Source: Octopus bimaculoides (taxonomy: Eukaryota). Taken from it: 55,046 bases of DNA. Shown one piece after another: positions 23,827 through 36,506 of this stretch. Position 1 is the stretch's first letter, and the number at the start of each line of letters is the position of its first letter. Below the pieces are notes generated by a model, which made no database searches, was not told the origin of the DNA, and saw nothing but the letters and a program-made list of their open reading frames with translations. A program made the translations under genes and the position numbers. Location: contig NC_069000.1 of the NCBI RefSeq assembly GCF_001194135.2, positions 27,861,500 to 27,916,545 on the forward strand, given 5' to 3'.

Positions 23827-24035
23827 CTTTAGTAAAAAATGATGCATTACAGTCAGTCTCAGGGCATTGAAAGGTTCGATGATTTAAATGTCGCTTCTGA
23901 TGTAAACGCAGCTGAGATTTCTGACGGAAGGCTTTACCACATGTATCACAGAGGTGCCCTTTATGACCTGTGTGGAGGTAAATGTGTGTCTGCAGGATTC
24001 CTGTTTGGGCAAATCCACGACCACAGATCTTACAC
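23827..24035 (-). CDS. C2H2 zinc-finger protein, exon C (fingers 4-5, most of finger 6)
   Basis: Acceptor TATTCCAG. AA+G gives Lys, then CKICGRGFAQTGILQTHIYLHTGHKGHLCDTCGKAFRQKSQLRLHQKRHLNHRTFQCPETDCNASFFTK. Donor G|GTTAGT (phase 1). Confidence 0.95.
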
Positions 24036-24093
24036 CTGGAATACAAGGCATATATGTATTTAATGATAAGCAAAGGTATGGTTGTTTAGTTAA

Positions 24094-24300
24094 CCCTTTA
24101 GTATTCAGTAACATGTAATGCTTATTTACATTGTTCTGAATTAATCATGCATTATCTCACAGCTTCAAAATTTTGATGATGTGATTATTTATATTCAGTA
24201 TGACATTGTAGGGTAGGTGTTAGAGGCTGGATCTGATTGGCTAGCACATAAAACAGGTGGCATATTTTGACTAAATATTGCCGATGTAAATGCTAAAGAG
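24094..24300. mobile_element. TTAA-flanked MITE (piggyBac-type)
   Basis: TTAA|CCCTTTAGTATT...AATGCTAAAGAG|TTAA, 58 bp upstream of the zinc-finger exon C boundary. Confidence 0.75.
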
Positions 24301-24743
24301 TTAAGAAATTCACTTCAAAACCATGAGGTTTATGGTTGTTCAAACTTTTGTAGACATTGTCGACTGGATTTCTGTTACAGCTATAGTGATTAATGCTTTC
24401 TAAGTGAAATTTGATAGAAACTAGAAGCTTAATATTCATTTGTTAACACTTAGCAGTAGTAGGTGTGTTAAATTAGAAACAACTAATGAGCTAGTGTCTA
24501 CATAGCAACAAACAGTTGCTCCACAGAAATGGGAGTGGTTAACATTTTCAAGTACTAGCAGCTCCATTATTGTTACATGGCAAGGAATTCATAATTCAGA
24601 TGACATTCTTGGTGATAAGATACCAGTTAAAAGATCTGAGTATCACCAGTATGCTATAAGCAAGTATAATATTGGTAAAAATAGAAACAGAAAAATAAAC
24701 AAAACAATAAGATGATAAAAAATTAAATGTTAAAAAATATGTA

Positions 24744-27700
24744 CATCATCATCATCATCGTTTAACATCTGCTTTCCATGCTAGTATGAGTTGGACGGTT
24801 TGACTGAGGATTGGCAAGCCAGGAGGCTGCACCAGGCTCCAATCTGATCTGGCAAGGTTTCTACATTAGGCCTTCCTAATGCCAACCACTACAAGAGTGT
24901 CATGGGTGTTTTTTACATGCCACCAGCCAGTCAGGCGACACTGGCATTGGTCACACTCGAATGGTGCTTTATACGTGCCACCGGCAGTGGCACTGACCAC
25001 ACTCAAATGGTGCTTTTTATGAGCCACTGGCATCAACCATCCTCGAATGGAGCTTTTTACGTGCCACCAGCATAGGTGCCAGTCATGTGACACTGGCATT
25101 GGTCACACTTGAACAGTGCTTTTTATGTGCCACCGGCACAGGTACCAATCGAGCAGAACTGGCATCAGCCACAACTATGATTTCACTTGGCTCAACAGGT
25201 CTTCTCAAGCACAGTGGGTACTTTTAAACAGGCCAGTTATGTGATACTGGCATCAGCCATGATCTCACTTGGCTTTCCAGGTCTTCTCAAGCACAGCATA
25301 TCGCCACAGGTCTCAGTTGCCTGTCATTGCCTCTGTGAGGCCCAACGTTCAGAGGTCGTGCTTCACCACCTTATCCCATATCTTCCTGGGTCTGCCTCAT
25401 CCACAGGTTCCCTTCACTTAGGGTGTGACACTTCTTCACACAGCTGTCCTCATCCATACGCAACACATGACCATACAAGTGCAGTTGTCTCTCTTGCACA
25501 CCACATCTGATACTTCCTATGTCCAACTTTACTCTCAGGGTGCTTACACTCTGTATTGTATGCACACTGACATTACACATCCAACGAAGTATACTAGCTT
25601 CGTTTCTTTCAAGCCTATGCATGTCCTCAGCAGTCACAGCCCATGTTTCACTGCCGTGTAGCATGGCTGTTTTCACACAGGCATCATACAGTCTACTTTT
25701 CACTCTGAGCAAGAGGCCCTTTGATACCAGCAGAGGTACTCTCTGAACTTTGCCCAGGCTATTCTTATTCTAGCAGCTGTGCACTCAGAGCATCCACCCC
25801 TGCTACTGACTTGGTCACCTAGGTAACAGAAGCTATCAACTGGCATGTAATGGAAGCTGTTTCCTGCACATGTTCCCAGTTAACCTTCTTTTGATATTGC
25901 TCTACTTCTTGTGTGTCCATAGCTTACACCGGGTGCATCTTATGGAGTTTCTACCTACACCTTTTCTACATATTGAGCAGGGCCGTCTACCTGAAGGGAT
26001 TTGTCTGCCTTCCTACTTACTAAGACTTTGGTTTTTGCTAGATTGACTCTAAGGCCCTTCGATTTTAGACCTTGCTTCCACACTTTCTTCTCTAGTTCTG
26101 GTAGTGACACAGCTATTAGAACAAGATCATCAGCATAAGGAGCTCTCAGAGGCAGCCTGTTTTGAATTCCTCTGTTATTGCCTGGAGGACTATGATGAAT
26201 AAAAGGGGGCTGAGGACTGATCCTTCATGAACCCCTACTTCTACCTGGAATTCTTCACTATACTCATTGCCAACCCTCCCTTACTGACAGTGTCCCTGTA
26301 TCTGGCTTGTACAGCTCTCACCAACCACTCATCTATCCCTAGTTTCCACATTGACCACCAGGTAAGGGATCAGGGGACCCTGTCAAAGGCTTTTTCCATG
26401 TCAACGAAAGTCAAATACCGAGGTTTATCTTTGGCTAGGAATTTCTCTTGCAGCTGTCTTACCAGAAATATAGCATCAGTGGTGCTTCTCCCTGGCACAA
26501 ACTGAAACTGCATCTCATCTAAACTATCTCTCTCCCTAATTAGTTGGGCTATGAACCTCTCCGTGACTTTCATCACCTGATTCAACAATTTGATACCTCA
26601 AATTATTCCTCTCTAATGTGTCACCTTTACCTTTATAGCAGTTGACTATAGTGTTGCTACACCAGTCATTGGGTATGACTCCTTCATGTACCATCTGGTT
26701 GACTATATGGATGACTAGATTATAGCCTACACTGTCAGATATTTTAAGCATCTCAGTAGTGATTCCTGATGGGCCGGGGGCTTTCCCCGTCTTCATACCC
26801 TTAATTCCTTTATCTACCAAGGTACTGCCAATTTGAATAGTTGGTCCCTCGGTTGGGTTGACATTTGGCAGACTCTCTTTCTCCCATTCATTCTCTTCAT
26901 TTAGAAACCTTTCATATTGGTGTCTCCAAGTCTCTCTCTTTGCAGCCAAGTGAGCCATCATCCATGCGGACACATTTCTCTCCTATGACATCATGATTCT
27001 CTCTCACACACTGTCTTGCAACATGAAACACTTCAAGTCTCTGGTCCTCACCACACAGAACATTGGCAAATTTTTTTTATCTGCTTCCCCTCTGGCTAAA
27101 TAAACCTGTCTCCTAGTTTCCCTTCTGGAGATCTGATACAGTTTCCTGCTACCACCACACTTCCAGTCCTTCCATGCCTGTTTCTTTTCCCTAATGGCCC
27201 CATCAACTACATTGTTCCACCACCACGTTACCTTAGGGACTTTGCACCAGCCACAGATATGGTCAGTAGCCCTCAACAGATTGTCCCATAGGAACCTCCG
27301 GTTGTTCTCCACATTGTGTGATGCTATATCCACTTTTTCATCAAAAGCTTCAAGTAATACGTCTTTATATCTCTGTCCATTCAGAGGATCCTTAAGCTTC
27401 CAGACCCTTCTTTTCCATGCTGGTCGTCTTCTGGACAGCCATTTAGCCCTGATCCTGAAGTCACTAACTCCTAACCTATGTTGGGTGCATTTTTCACCTG
27501 GGAAAGATTTGACATTTATAAGTAGCCATATTTCCCATTTACTGGCAAGAATGTAGTCAATTTGATTAGTGTGCCCACCAGACTGGTAGGTGAACAGGTG
27601 ACTGGCAGGTTTCCTAAGTTCGCCGCAAACATTTTTGCCTCAGGATTTTTGGCAATAGGAAAGTTCACCGCAAGACAAAAGATGAGTTGCTTCCCTTGGT

Positions 27701-29180
27701 ATATAATTGTTTCAACCAATGAGTAAAGCAATTTCTTAACTTACTTAAAATTTCTTTATTCGTTCAACAATATTTTTTTAATGTAGCCAACCTATTACAA
27801 TGGTCTATCAAGCGGGAACTAGCAGAGGCGACATGAAATTAGTTGATGATCCTTACTTTGGTTATAGTATGAATAGAGAATATGATGAAAAAACCTATTA
27901 GAAATGTGAAAATAGAGAATGTAAAGCAAGAGTGCATACCATGCAGGAAAATGATAATTTATCTCTACATAAAACATTCAGCAAGCATTGCCATCCTTCT
28001 CATCCATCAAAACCAAAAGTTTACATTGCAAAAACAAAATTGAAATTACTAGCCACTAATTCACAAACTTCTGCATGGTCATTAATTGCAGAAATTTCAT
28101 CTAATTTAGATGATGCATTCTCACTGATACCAACGTCATCGCATTTGTCTCACAATATTAGAGGTTGGAGGCAAAATGTTTATTAAAACAAAACACACGG
28201 GTGAATTGAATCTCATGGTGTGAAGAATCAACACAACGTGTGGATGAAGTAAAACATAACACAACATGCAGTTGTCATGGTAACAAGCTGTTAATGCCTT
28301 GCTGTCTGTTGATTGGCTATAAGTACCCAAATTTTCCCAAATGTAATTCCAAATAACATCAGATCCCTTAATTTACGATACACCATAATTGAAAACAATC
28401 TGAGGAAAATTAAAGGGGGATAATTTTGCGAATGAAATTAACTAGATCCAATTGCTTTACCCCTTCTTATTGGTTGAAACAATTATATACCAACGGGGCA
28501 ACTCATCATTTGTCTTGCAGCAAACTTTCTTACAGCCCAAAATCCTGAGGTAAATTTTCCTGCGGCAAAAATGTTTGTGGCGAACTTTCCTAGAACCCAG
28601 AAGATCATTTGTATCACAGAACTCCAATAGCCTGGTTCCCTCCTCATTGCGGGACCAAATCCGTTGCCACCATGTACACCATAGAAGCTCCCTGGATATT
28701 GTCCAACATTCCTGTTGAAGTTGCCAGTCACAAAGAGAAGGTCCCCGTCATTCGTTGACAAGGTAGTCTACAAGAGGGTATCATAAAATTGGTCTTTCTG
28801 TCCATCAGGTAGCCCCAGCTGAGGGACATAGGCCGAGATAATGGTTGCTAATCCATGTTGCAGCACTAATCTAAGCTTAAGTATTCTATCAAGACTCTGA
28901 CTCCCTTGATTACCTTATCAACCCATTTCTCTGCAAGGAGTATGCCCACATCCCCCACCCCATCAGTGTTCCCAGAAAATCTTATACCTTTACCTGTGAG
29001 GCACCAAGCAGAATTTCCTCTCCACCTTACTTCTTGGATGCAGCACAAATCTACACATCTTCATTCAAGCATTTTAACATTCTCACCAGACCTACCTTTC
29101 AATGTGCCAACTCTGAGGGTGCAGAAGGTGTGGGCTGGAGAAACTCTGGGATGGGGGACAACAGCATTCAAAGGTTAAAA
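24744..29180 (-). mobile_element. Near full-length degenerate RTE LINE, interrupted at about 27615-28595
   Basis: Endonuclease motifs CCIQEVRWRG and LFVTGNFNRNVG, RT motifs FVDMEKAFDRVP and LHGSETWAVT, and a (GAT)n tail. Confidence 0.92.
27615..28595 (+). mobile_element. Mutator-like (FLYWCH-type) non-autonomous DNA transposon nested in the RTE
   Basis: Imperfect inverted repeats of about 110 bp (27615-27720 / 28471-28590, e.g. GGTATATAATTGTTTCAACCA). Internal decayed frame GYSMNREYDEKTY*KCENRECKARVHT...SKHCHP fits a FLYWCH/WRKY-GCM1 finger. No TSD found. Confidence 0.7.
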
Positions 29181-29620
29181 AAAACTTTTTTAAATAAATC
29201 AACATCAATAATAGTAGTAGTAGTAGTCACAGTAAAAAATCTAGTATAAGAAAAAAATGGACATTGTGTATAGATTCACACATACTGCAATGCATCATTA
29301 TCATCATATTCATTGTCTAAATGTCCACTTTTCCGTAAGATGAATTTCATTGTAACAGATTTTCTATAAAAGTCAAAAACACATTTTTAAAATAATTTAA
29401 CATCAATAATTCTTTCTACAAGCACAAGGCCTGAAATTTTGGTGGATGGGGTTAGACTGATATTTATTTTATTGACTCTGAAAGAATGAAAAACAAAATC
29501 AACCCCAGGAGAAAATCTGGTGTTAGAAGAAACAAGACATTGTTTGTTTGACATTTATACATACTGCTGTACAAAGAAGCATGCATTGATATATGTTCTT
29601 GCAGCCACACACACACACCT

Positions 29621-31223
29621 CATCATCATCATTTAACATTCGTTTTCCATGCTGGCATGGGTTGGATGGTTTGACAGGAGCTGGCAAACTGGAGAGCTGC
29701 ACCAGGATCCAATTGTCTGTTTTGGCAAGGTTTCTATGGCTAGACGCCCTTCCTAACATCAATCACTTTACAGAATGTACTGAGTGCTTTTTACATGGCA
29801 TCAGCACAGATGCTTTTTATGTGGCATCAGCACTAGGGAGGTCACTGAATAACTTGCAAGACAAAGATCTTTTGAGAGTGAGGTGGTATTGAAGGAGGTG
29901 GCTTTGTAAGGATGAGAATATAAATGGGATGGTAGAAGATTGCCCAGGTTGCATGAGTAAGGAGGACAGGATTGGGTTGTAGAAGAGATGAGGATAGTGC
30001 ATGAAAAAGAGATGTGAAGAAGAGAAGTAGTTTGGTTTATTGGAGTGTGGTGTGTGAAAAATTTAAAGTTACATGTAGGTGGAACACATCACTTCCAGAA
30101 CTGTTTCACTGAGATGGGTGGGTGTTCTCAAGAACTTGATATTGCCAGACATCTTGGTTCACTGTCATCTTCTTCATGAAGCCTAACATCTTCAAAATGG
30201 CCCTCACTACCTTACCCCACATCTTCCTGCAACTCTCCCTCTTCCACAGGTACCATCCACTTTAACTGATTGACACTTCTTTATACAGCTGTCATCATTC
30301 ATATGCATCACACGTCCAAACCAGCACAATCTTTTCTTTTGCATGCTGCATCTGATTCCTCTTATGTTCAACTTTTCTCTCAACACATTTACAGTTTGTC
30401 GCACATGCACACTGATGTTGCATATCCATTAAAGCATACTAGCTTCATTTCTGAGTAGTCTGCACATGTCTTCTGCATTCAGAGCCCATGTTTTACTACC
30501 ATGGAGTATAGCCATTTGTACACAAGCATCATACAATCTGCTTCTCATTCTGAGAGATAATCCTCTTTTTGCCAACAGATGTAATAGCTTTCTGTACTTC
30601 TTCCAGCTTATTCTTATTCTAGCAACAATACTTTCAGAACATCCTCCACCACTAATTTGCTCACCTATTTACAAACCCAAGGGAGCCTCCTGGGTGCTTG
30701 AGTCTAATTCCCATGAGTCTTTAGAGTTTATTGTTTCTGTGCATCAGCCACATACTAGGATGGTTTTTTCTGTTAACCAATCTGTGATTCCACTGCACCT
30801 CTTATATATTCAAAAGGAATTTCTTCCAAAGGGTCACTTTCTTGCTAACAACAACTTTAGTCTTTGCTAGGTTAATTTTAAGGCACTATGATTTCAAGTT
30901 TTGCTCCATAACTGGAATTTTATTTCCAATTCTGCTATAAGAGCAAGGTCATCAGCATAAACAGCCAGTTTTAAATTCCTTCATTATGGCCTGGAGGACT
31001 AAGATGAATAAAAATGGACTGAGAACTGAACTCTGATGATCCCCACTTGTACACTGAATCCATCATTGTACTCATGAGGACTCTCACCCTACTGACAGCA
31101 CTGCTATACATGGCTTGTACAGTTCTAACAAGCCACTCATTTATTCCTAACTTCCTTGGAGACCACTAGATAACAGAGCAAGGGATTCTGCCAAAAACTT
31201 CCTCCAGGTCAACAAAAACCATG
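29621..31223 (-). mobile_element. Older RTE subfamily copy, truncated by a Tc1/mariner insertion
   Basis: (GAT)n tail, GA-rich 3' UTR, LNIRGIRCSMQKKRLCWFGRV and decayed YADDL / QGS motifs. Confidence 0.82.
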
Positions 31224-31225
31224 TA

Positions 31226-32160
31226 CAGGGTGGGACAGAGAGGATGGACGTTTTTGAAAAATTTACAAAATCATTCATTTTAGCTGCAAACAAATTTTAT
31301 TGACATCTATCTGTTCACACTGAATTAACATTTGTCAAAATCAAGTATGGAAAACATCTATCATGTGGTGTCCATTTTCATCGATGTATTTCTGGAGGCA
31401 TTCTTGGAAGTCGGTCTCCACTCTCTCCAGCATTGCTCTGTCGATTTGGGTGACTTCCACACAAATAGCTTCCTTTAAATCATCCAATGTACAGGGTTTA
31501 TATCCATACACATGTGCCTTGAGGTTTCCCCACAAGAAATAATTACATGGACAAATCAGGGGACCGAGGGGGCCAAAGAATGTCAGCAAACCTGGAAATG
31601 AGGTGGTCACCGAAGAACATCCATTGATGCTCTGGCTGCGAGGGCCACTGCCCCATCCTGCTGAAACCACACACATCGAATAGGGATACGTTTTCATCGT
31701 AATTCAGGCACAAAGAAGTTGTTTATCATCTTGATGCAATGCTCAGAGTTCACAGTAACAGCATTCCCATTACTGTCTTCAAAAGAGTAAGGACCAATGA
31801 TGGCAGCTTTTCCAACAGTACACCAGACCATCACTTTTGGGCTTTGCAGTGATCTTTTATGCAATTCTCTCAGATTTTCAAGAGCCTGATAACAACAGTT
31901 CTGTTGATTCACCATGCCATTGAGATGAAAATGAGCTTCATCACTCATTAACAAAATGAGGTAGTCATTTGCCTCAAAAACTGCTCCATCTGACATGCAA
32001 AGTTAAGCCGTTGTGCATAGTCCCATGGTTTCAACTGTTGCCCAATGACCAATTTGCATGGGTGGAAATGCAGGTCTTCATGCAAAATACGCCTTACCGA
32101 TTGATTATTGATGCCAAGTTCAGTGGAATGCCTCCGAGCAGAGCGATTCGGACACTGTGT
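31226..32160 (-). mobile_element. Tc1/mariner (maT/DD37D-like) transposon remnant
   Basis: TA|CAGGGTG terminus at 31224-31232. Motifs ILLMSDEAHFHLNGMVNQQN, SPKVMVWC...IIGPY and CNYFLWGNLKAHVY. Confidence 0.88.
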
Positions 32161-32581
32161 CAAAGCTTGTATCTATATTTGTGTCTGTGTTTATGTCCCA
32201 CAACTTAGATCAATCAGACTTTAAAAAATAGGATCCATGGACATTCTGCGGAACAGAAAAAATTAAGAGGAGCTATATAAGAAAGAAAGGATGATTTGCA
32301 TTTTTAGAATAGAAGTCAACACTGATAGAGATTTGAATTCAGAAAAAAGAAATACTGTAAGGTATTTTGTCAGACATTCTGCTATTCTCCATTGCCTAAA
32401 TAATTTATAAAAAAGTATAACATATGCATGCATACAATTTCATGTAAAGCCGAAGAAAACTGGTGGTGGTTGAATATCTTTCTTCCCAGACAAATGGCCA
32501 TCCTGAAACATGAAATTCTTCTCTTCAGGGTATATGAATTTAATCAAACTCATGAAGTGTACAGGTTTAAAAACCACTTAC

Positions 32582-32786
32582 TTGTAAGGCCTTTCTCCTG
32601 TGTGACTTCTCATATGAACTTTCAATGATTTCTTCTCTGTAAAACGTTTCTTGCACTCCAGACATTCAAATGGCTTCTCTCCAGAATGAGTTTTCTCATG
32701 CCGTAACTTGTTGCCATTGGTTGTAAACCCTCGGCCACAGGTAGAACAAGTGAAAGGTTTCTCTCCACTATGCCGGCGACGATGAA
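32582..32786 (-). CDS. C2H2 zinc-finger protein, exon B (end of finger 1, fingers 2-3)
   Basis: Acceptor TTATTTTTAG. G+TT completes Val to give [72 protein letters not shown]. Donor AA|GTAAGT (phase 2). Confidence 0.95.
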
Positions 32787-33989
32787 CTAAAAATAATAAG
32801 TTAAACAAAAGACTTAAGACAATCAATTTTCAACAACTGAGGGTCAAGCTAGCAGGTGAATGAAGATGATCAACTTGCACTCATCAGCTTTGAAAGCCAA
32901 GCACTTCAAGTTAAGGTTTTATGAACTTGGCTTGACATCATGTCACAGGTGGGGTTATGCATCTCTGACAAAGACTAACTCACAAGTAGTCCACTTCACT
33001 TAGCTGTAAAAGATACCAGCAAAAACAGCAGTATTGAATAAGTGACAAATGTACTACTTCATAGTGTTGAATCCAGATATTCTACAGGGTGTGACCTGGA
33101 GGGGTTTAGACTCAAATGACTTATTTGAACAAATTACATTACACAGAGTCTTTAAGTGGTTCTCTTATAACATAACCAGTTATGGGTATCACGTTACTTA
33201 ACTTTAATGCCTACAAGTTGTTAGCTATATTTCAGCCCCATCTGAGCTCATCCAATGCATTTTGTCTTCTGTTTCTTGCCATTAATATTTTGTTCCTATC
33301 TCTAAACACGCATCAAACATTACATGAAAATCTGTCGTTCCAAAGATACCAATGCTGTATAGAATTGGCTTCTCTTCCTCTGTATTTTGACATTATAAAC
33401 CCACTTTAACTGCTTTCATTTCATTCACCCCATTGTGTATGAGTACTGATATTCACACCAATGGGTATGAGTACTGATGTTCTTCTCTGGACACAGCAAT
33501 AAAAAATATCCCTGAAAACAAGGACAAAACTATCTGCTCCTTCACACTAACATGCATATTTGCATTCAATTTCGAAGTTATAGGACCGGAAGTCCTATAA
33601 CATACTGCATCATAGGCACCTCTAATGATTATGTTCATTCATAGATCTTGCAGCAAGTCAGCTTAGTAGAACATACTCAAAGAAGTTAAACTTAACATTA
33701 TAAGGTAATAAATGTAGCTGCTGCAGCACTCAATTCTAGAGAGCTGCAACAGCCTAGAATTTTGTGTCATTCCTACTCTGGGTATTATGGATCAGTACAT
33801 TTGAAAATTAAGTATCTTAGTTAAGTGCCAGTGCAAGGATTTGAAATATGAAGCTCTCATCTTCAATGAAGCACTTATACTATCAACTCAGCCATCTACA
33901 CAATTACCTTCTGATATAATAATTTAACATTGGAATTATACTAGTAAAAACAGAAAAACATTAGAGCACTTCATTCCCTATTATATCGT

Positions 33990-34850
33990 TATTTAATGTT
34001 TGTTTTCTATGCTGGCATGAGACTGCTGGTGTGTTGGGATCTGGCAAGCTGCAGGGCTGTGTTAAGCTCCAGTGTTAGCTTTGGTATGGTTTCTACATCC
34101 TTTCTTAATGCCAACCACTTTTTTTTGTGCCATCGGCACTAGTGAGGTCACAAAGTAATTTGCAAAACAGTAAAAAAAAAATTTTAATTTAAAAAAAAAA
34201 AACAGGAAAAAGGGAGAAAATCCCAAGTGGGACAGGGAGTATTTGAGAGAGGGAGGTGGCTTTATGCCAAGGATTGAAAGGCTAAAATATGATAGAGAGT
34301 CAAGCACAGGTGTTTGCTACAGAGGAAATACATAGCTACCCAACACTATATATAGGTGGGTAGAAGTAGCTAGGAAGAAGATAATATGGTAATGATAAGG
34401 CACCAGAGCAAACTCTCAAGGTACAAGAAGGTGAGCAAAAGTGAAGATATGGACAGTGGATTGTGAATAGGGGGAGGAAAAGATGGGTAATGTCATAAGA
34501 GAGTGAAGAGAGAGTAAATAGTTAGAAATAGGGTTAGAAATGAATATAGTGAGTGATGAACAAAGGTGGAGGTGCAGCTTGATGGGAAACATCAGTATGG
34601 AGAGGGAGTAAGGCAAGAGAGATAGAAGAGGATAGGTCAGAAGGTAGGAGGAGGATGTTGAAGATGTTAAGAGGGAGATGTAAGAGTACATAAGGGTGAC
34701 TGTAGTGAGTGGGATGTGATGGTGGATATGAGAGGATATTGAGAATGACAGCAGATATATCAGGTGTTAAGATGGAGTATGATAGAGAGAAATAACTGAA
34801 GATAGAGAGAGGTAAGTTCAAAGTAAGGGTAGACAATATAGTCTTAAATA
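33990..34850 (-). mobile_element. Degenerate RTE-subfamily 3' tail with purine-rich UTR
   Basis: Decayed ...TTTCTATGCTGGCATG...TTCTTAATGCCAACCAC tail followed by a GA-rich tract, as at 35938 and 39291. Confidence 0.55.
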
Positions 34851-35479
34851 TCCTAAAAAAGAATACGTCAGAATTGGAAAGTTTTTGATTATAAATCTCT
34901 CAGTCAGAGTTGAGCTGGAGATAAACAATACATTAACAATGAGCCAACAAGAAATTGCAACCAAATCTTATTATCTTAAATTAGAAAAGGACATTAAATA
35001 ATCTTTCATATCTAAGTCAAAATGGTTATACCTTGAATGGGCCTGGAGCAAATCATAAACCTGCTCAATCAGGACTGACCTGGTGGTAAACAACAACTAC
35101 ACATGTGCATGTTCTTGTCAGTAATTATATAATTCTCATTTCTCTTATTTGTACATTCAACATTTGCCTTGCAGCTTTATATGACTTCTCCATTTGAACA
35201 TCTTTCATACAGTTCTCTGTCATCACAAACCACAAGTCAGTTCATATTCTATTGGCAAAGTCTACAAACATTTGGACCAGTATTCAATATAAAACGTGCT
35301 GCCTTGATGGCTAGCAGCCACAATGGAAGCAAATTAACAGCAAGATGGACAAAAGCTTCTGAAGGTGGTGCTTGTTTAGCTGCTAGGTCAGATTTGATCT
35401 AGTAAGCTATGAAGACATTTTGACATAAAATGTAGTTGCATTTGACATCAGCATTCAACCATATTTGGCACATGAATCT

Positions 35480-35860
35480 CATAGCAAAATTGCCTGCCTA
35501 TAGGCTCCACCCTTTTCTTGGATCAATGACTTCTTAACAGATCATTGCATCATATTGTATACCAACAGAGCTCTCCCTGACCCACATTATCAACTCTGGC
35601 TTGCCCCAAAATTCTGTTTTGTCCTTATTAATAACTTACTTGTTGTCACTTCCAATAACAGTTATTCCTTTGCAGATGATACCACTCTTCATTTCTCCCC
35701 AACTTCCACCATTTAAGTGTCATCCACATGCAAATAGACACTTTGTACCAAAATTGTACTGATTCTATGAATAGAGATCTTGAAAGCATACTTCAATGGG
35801 GTCATGCCAATTTTGTCTCTTTCAACAACAAAAAGATCCAATCACTTTTCATACGAAAAA
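35480..35860 (+). mobile_element. Degenerate CR1/Jockey-group LINE RT fragment
   Basis: WINDFLTD, FADDT and NRDLESILQWG..NFVSFNNKK motifs. Confidence 0.65.
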
Positions 35861-35937
35861 ATATTATTGTAACTATTGTTATATTTGGAGATAGTCATTT
35901 TGCTGATAAACATACACTTCACTTTAGCTTTATTATT

Positions 35938-36446
35938 CATCATCATCATCATTTAAAGTCCACCTTATACTAGCATGGGTAGGGCGGTTTGACAGGAGCT
36001 GGCCAGGCAGAAGCCTGCACCAGGCTTCTGTGACTATTTTGGCAGAATCTTTACAGTTGGATACCTTTCCTAACACCAACCATCCACCAGAGTGGACTTA
36101 ATGCTTTTTACATGGCATAAGCACAGGCAAGGTCAGATTTGGCAAGGTTTTTACAGCTGGGCGCCCTTCCAAATGCCAATCACTTTACACTGTGGACTGG
36201 ATGCATTTTAAGTGACACCTGCACTGACAGGGTCACGAAGTAACTTGCAAGATAAAAATCTTGAGAGGGGAGGGGCATTGTGTCAGATGATGAAAGGTTA
36301 CAGTGAGACAAAGAGATGGAAACAGGTGTCTTGCTGTGGAGGAGGTACAAGGTTACCCGGCCAGAGAGAGATTGATCAGGAATGAGGACAGAAACAGGTG
36401 TGCTGCCACAAAGGAGATACATGGTTACCCAACCAGAGGGAAGTGC

Positions 36447-36506
<60 letters not shown>

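Noticed and set aside
24890-25270. Repeat array superficially resembling CRISPR repeats and spacers
   Set aside because: Units are degenerate and irregularly spaced, lie in an RTE 3' UTR, have no cas genes nearby, and the context is eukaryotic.
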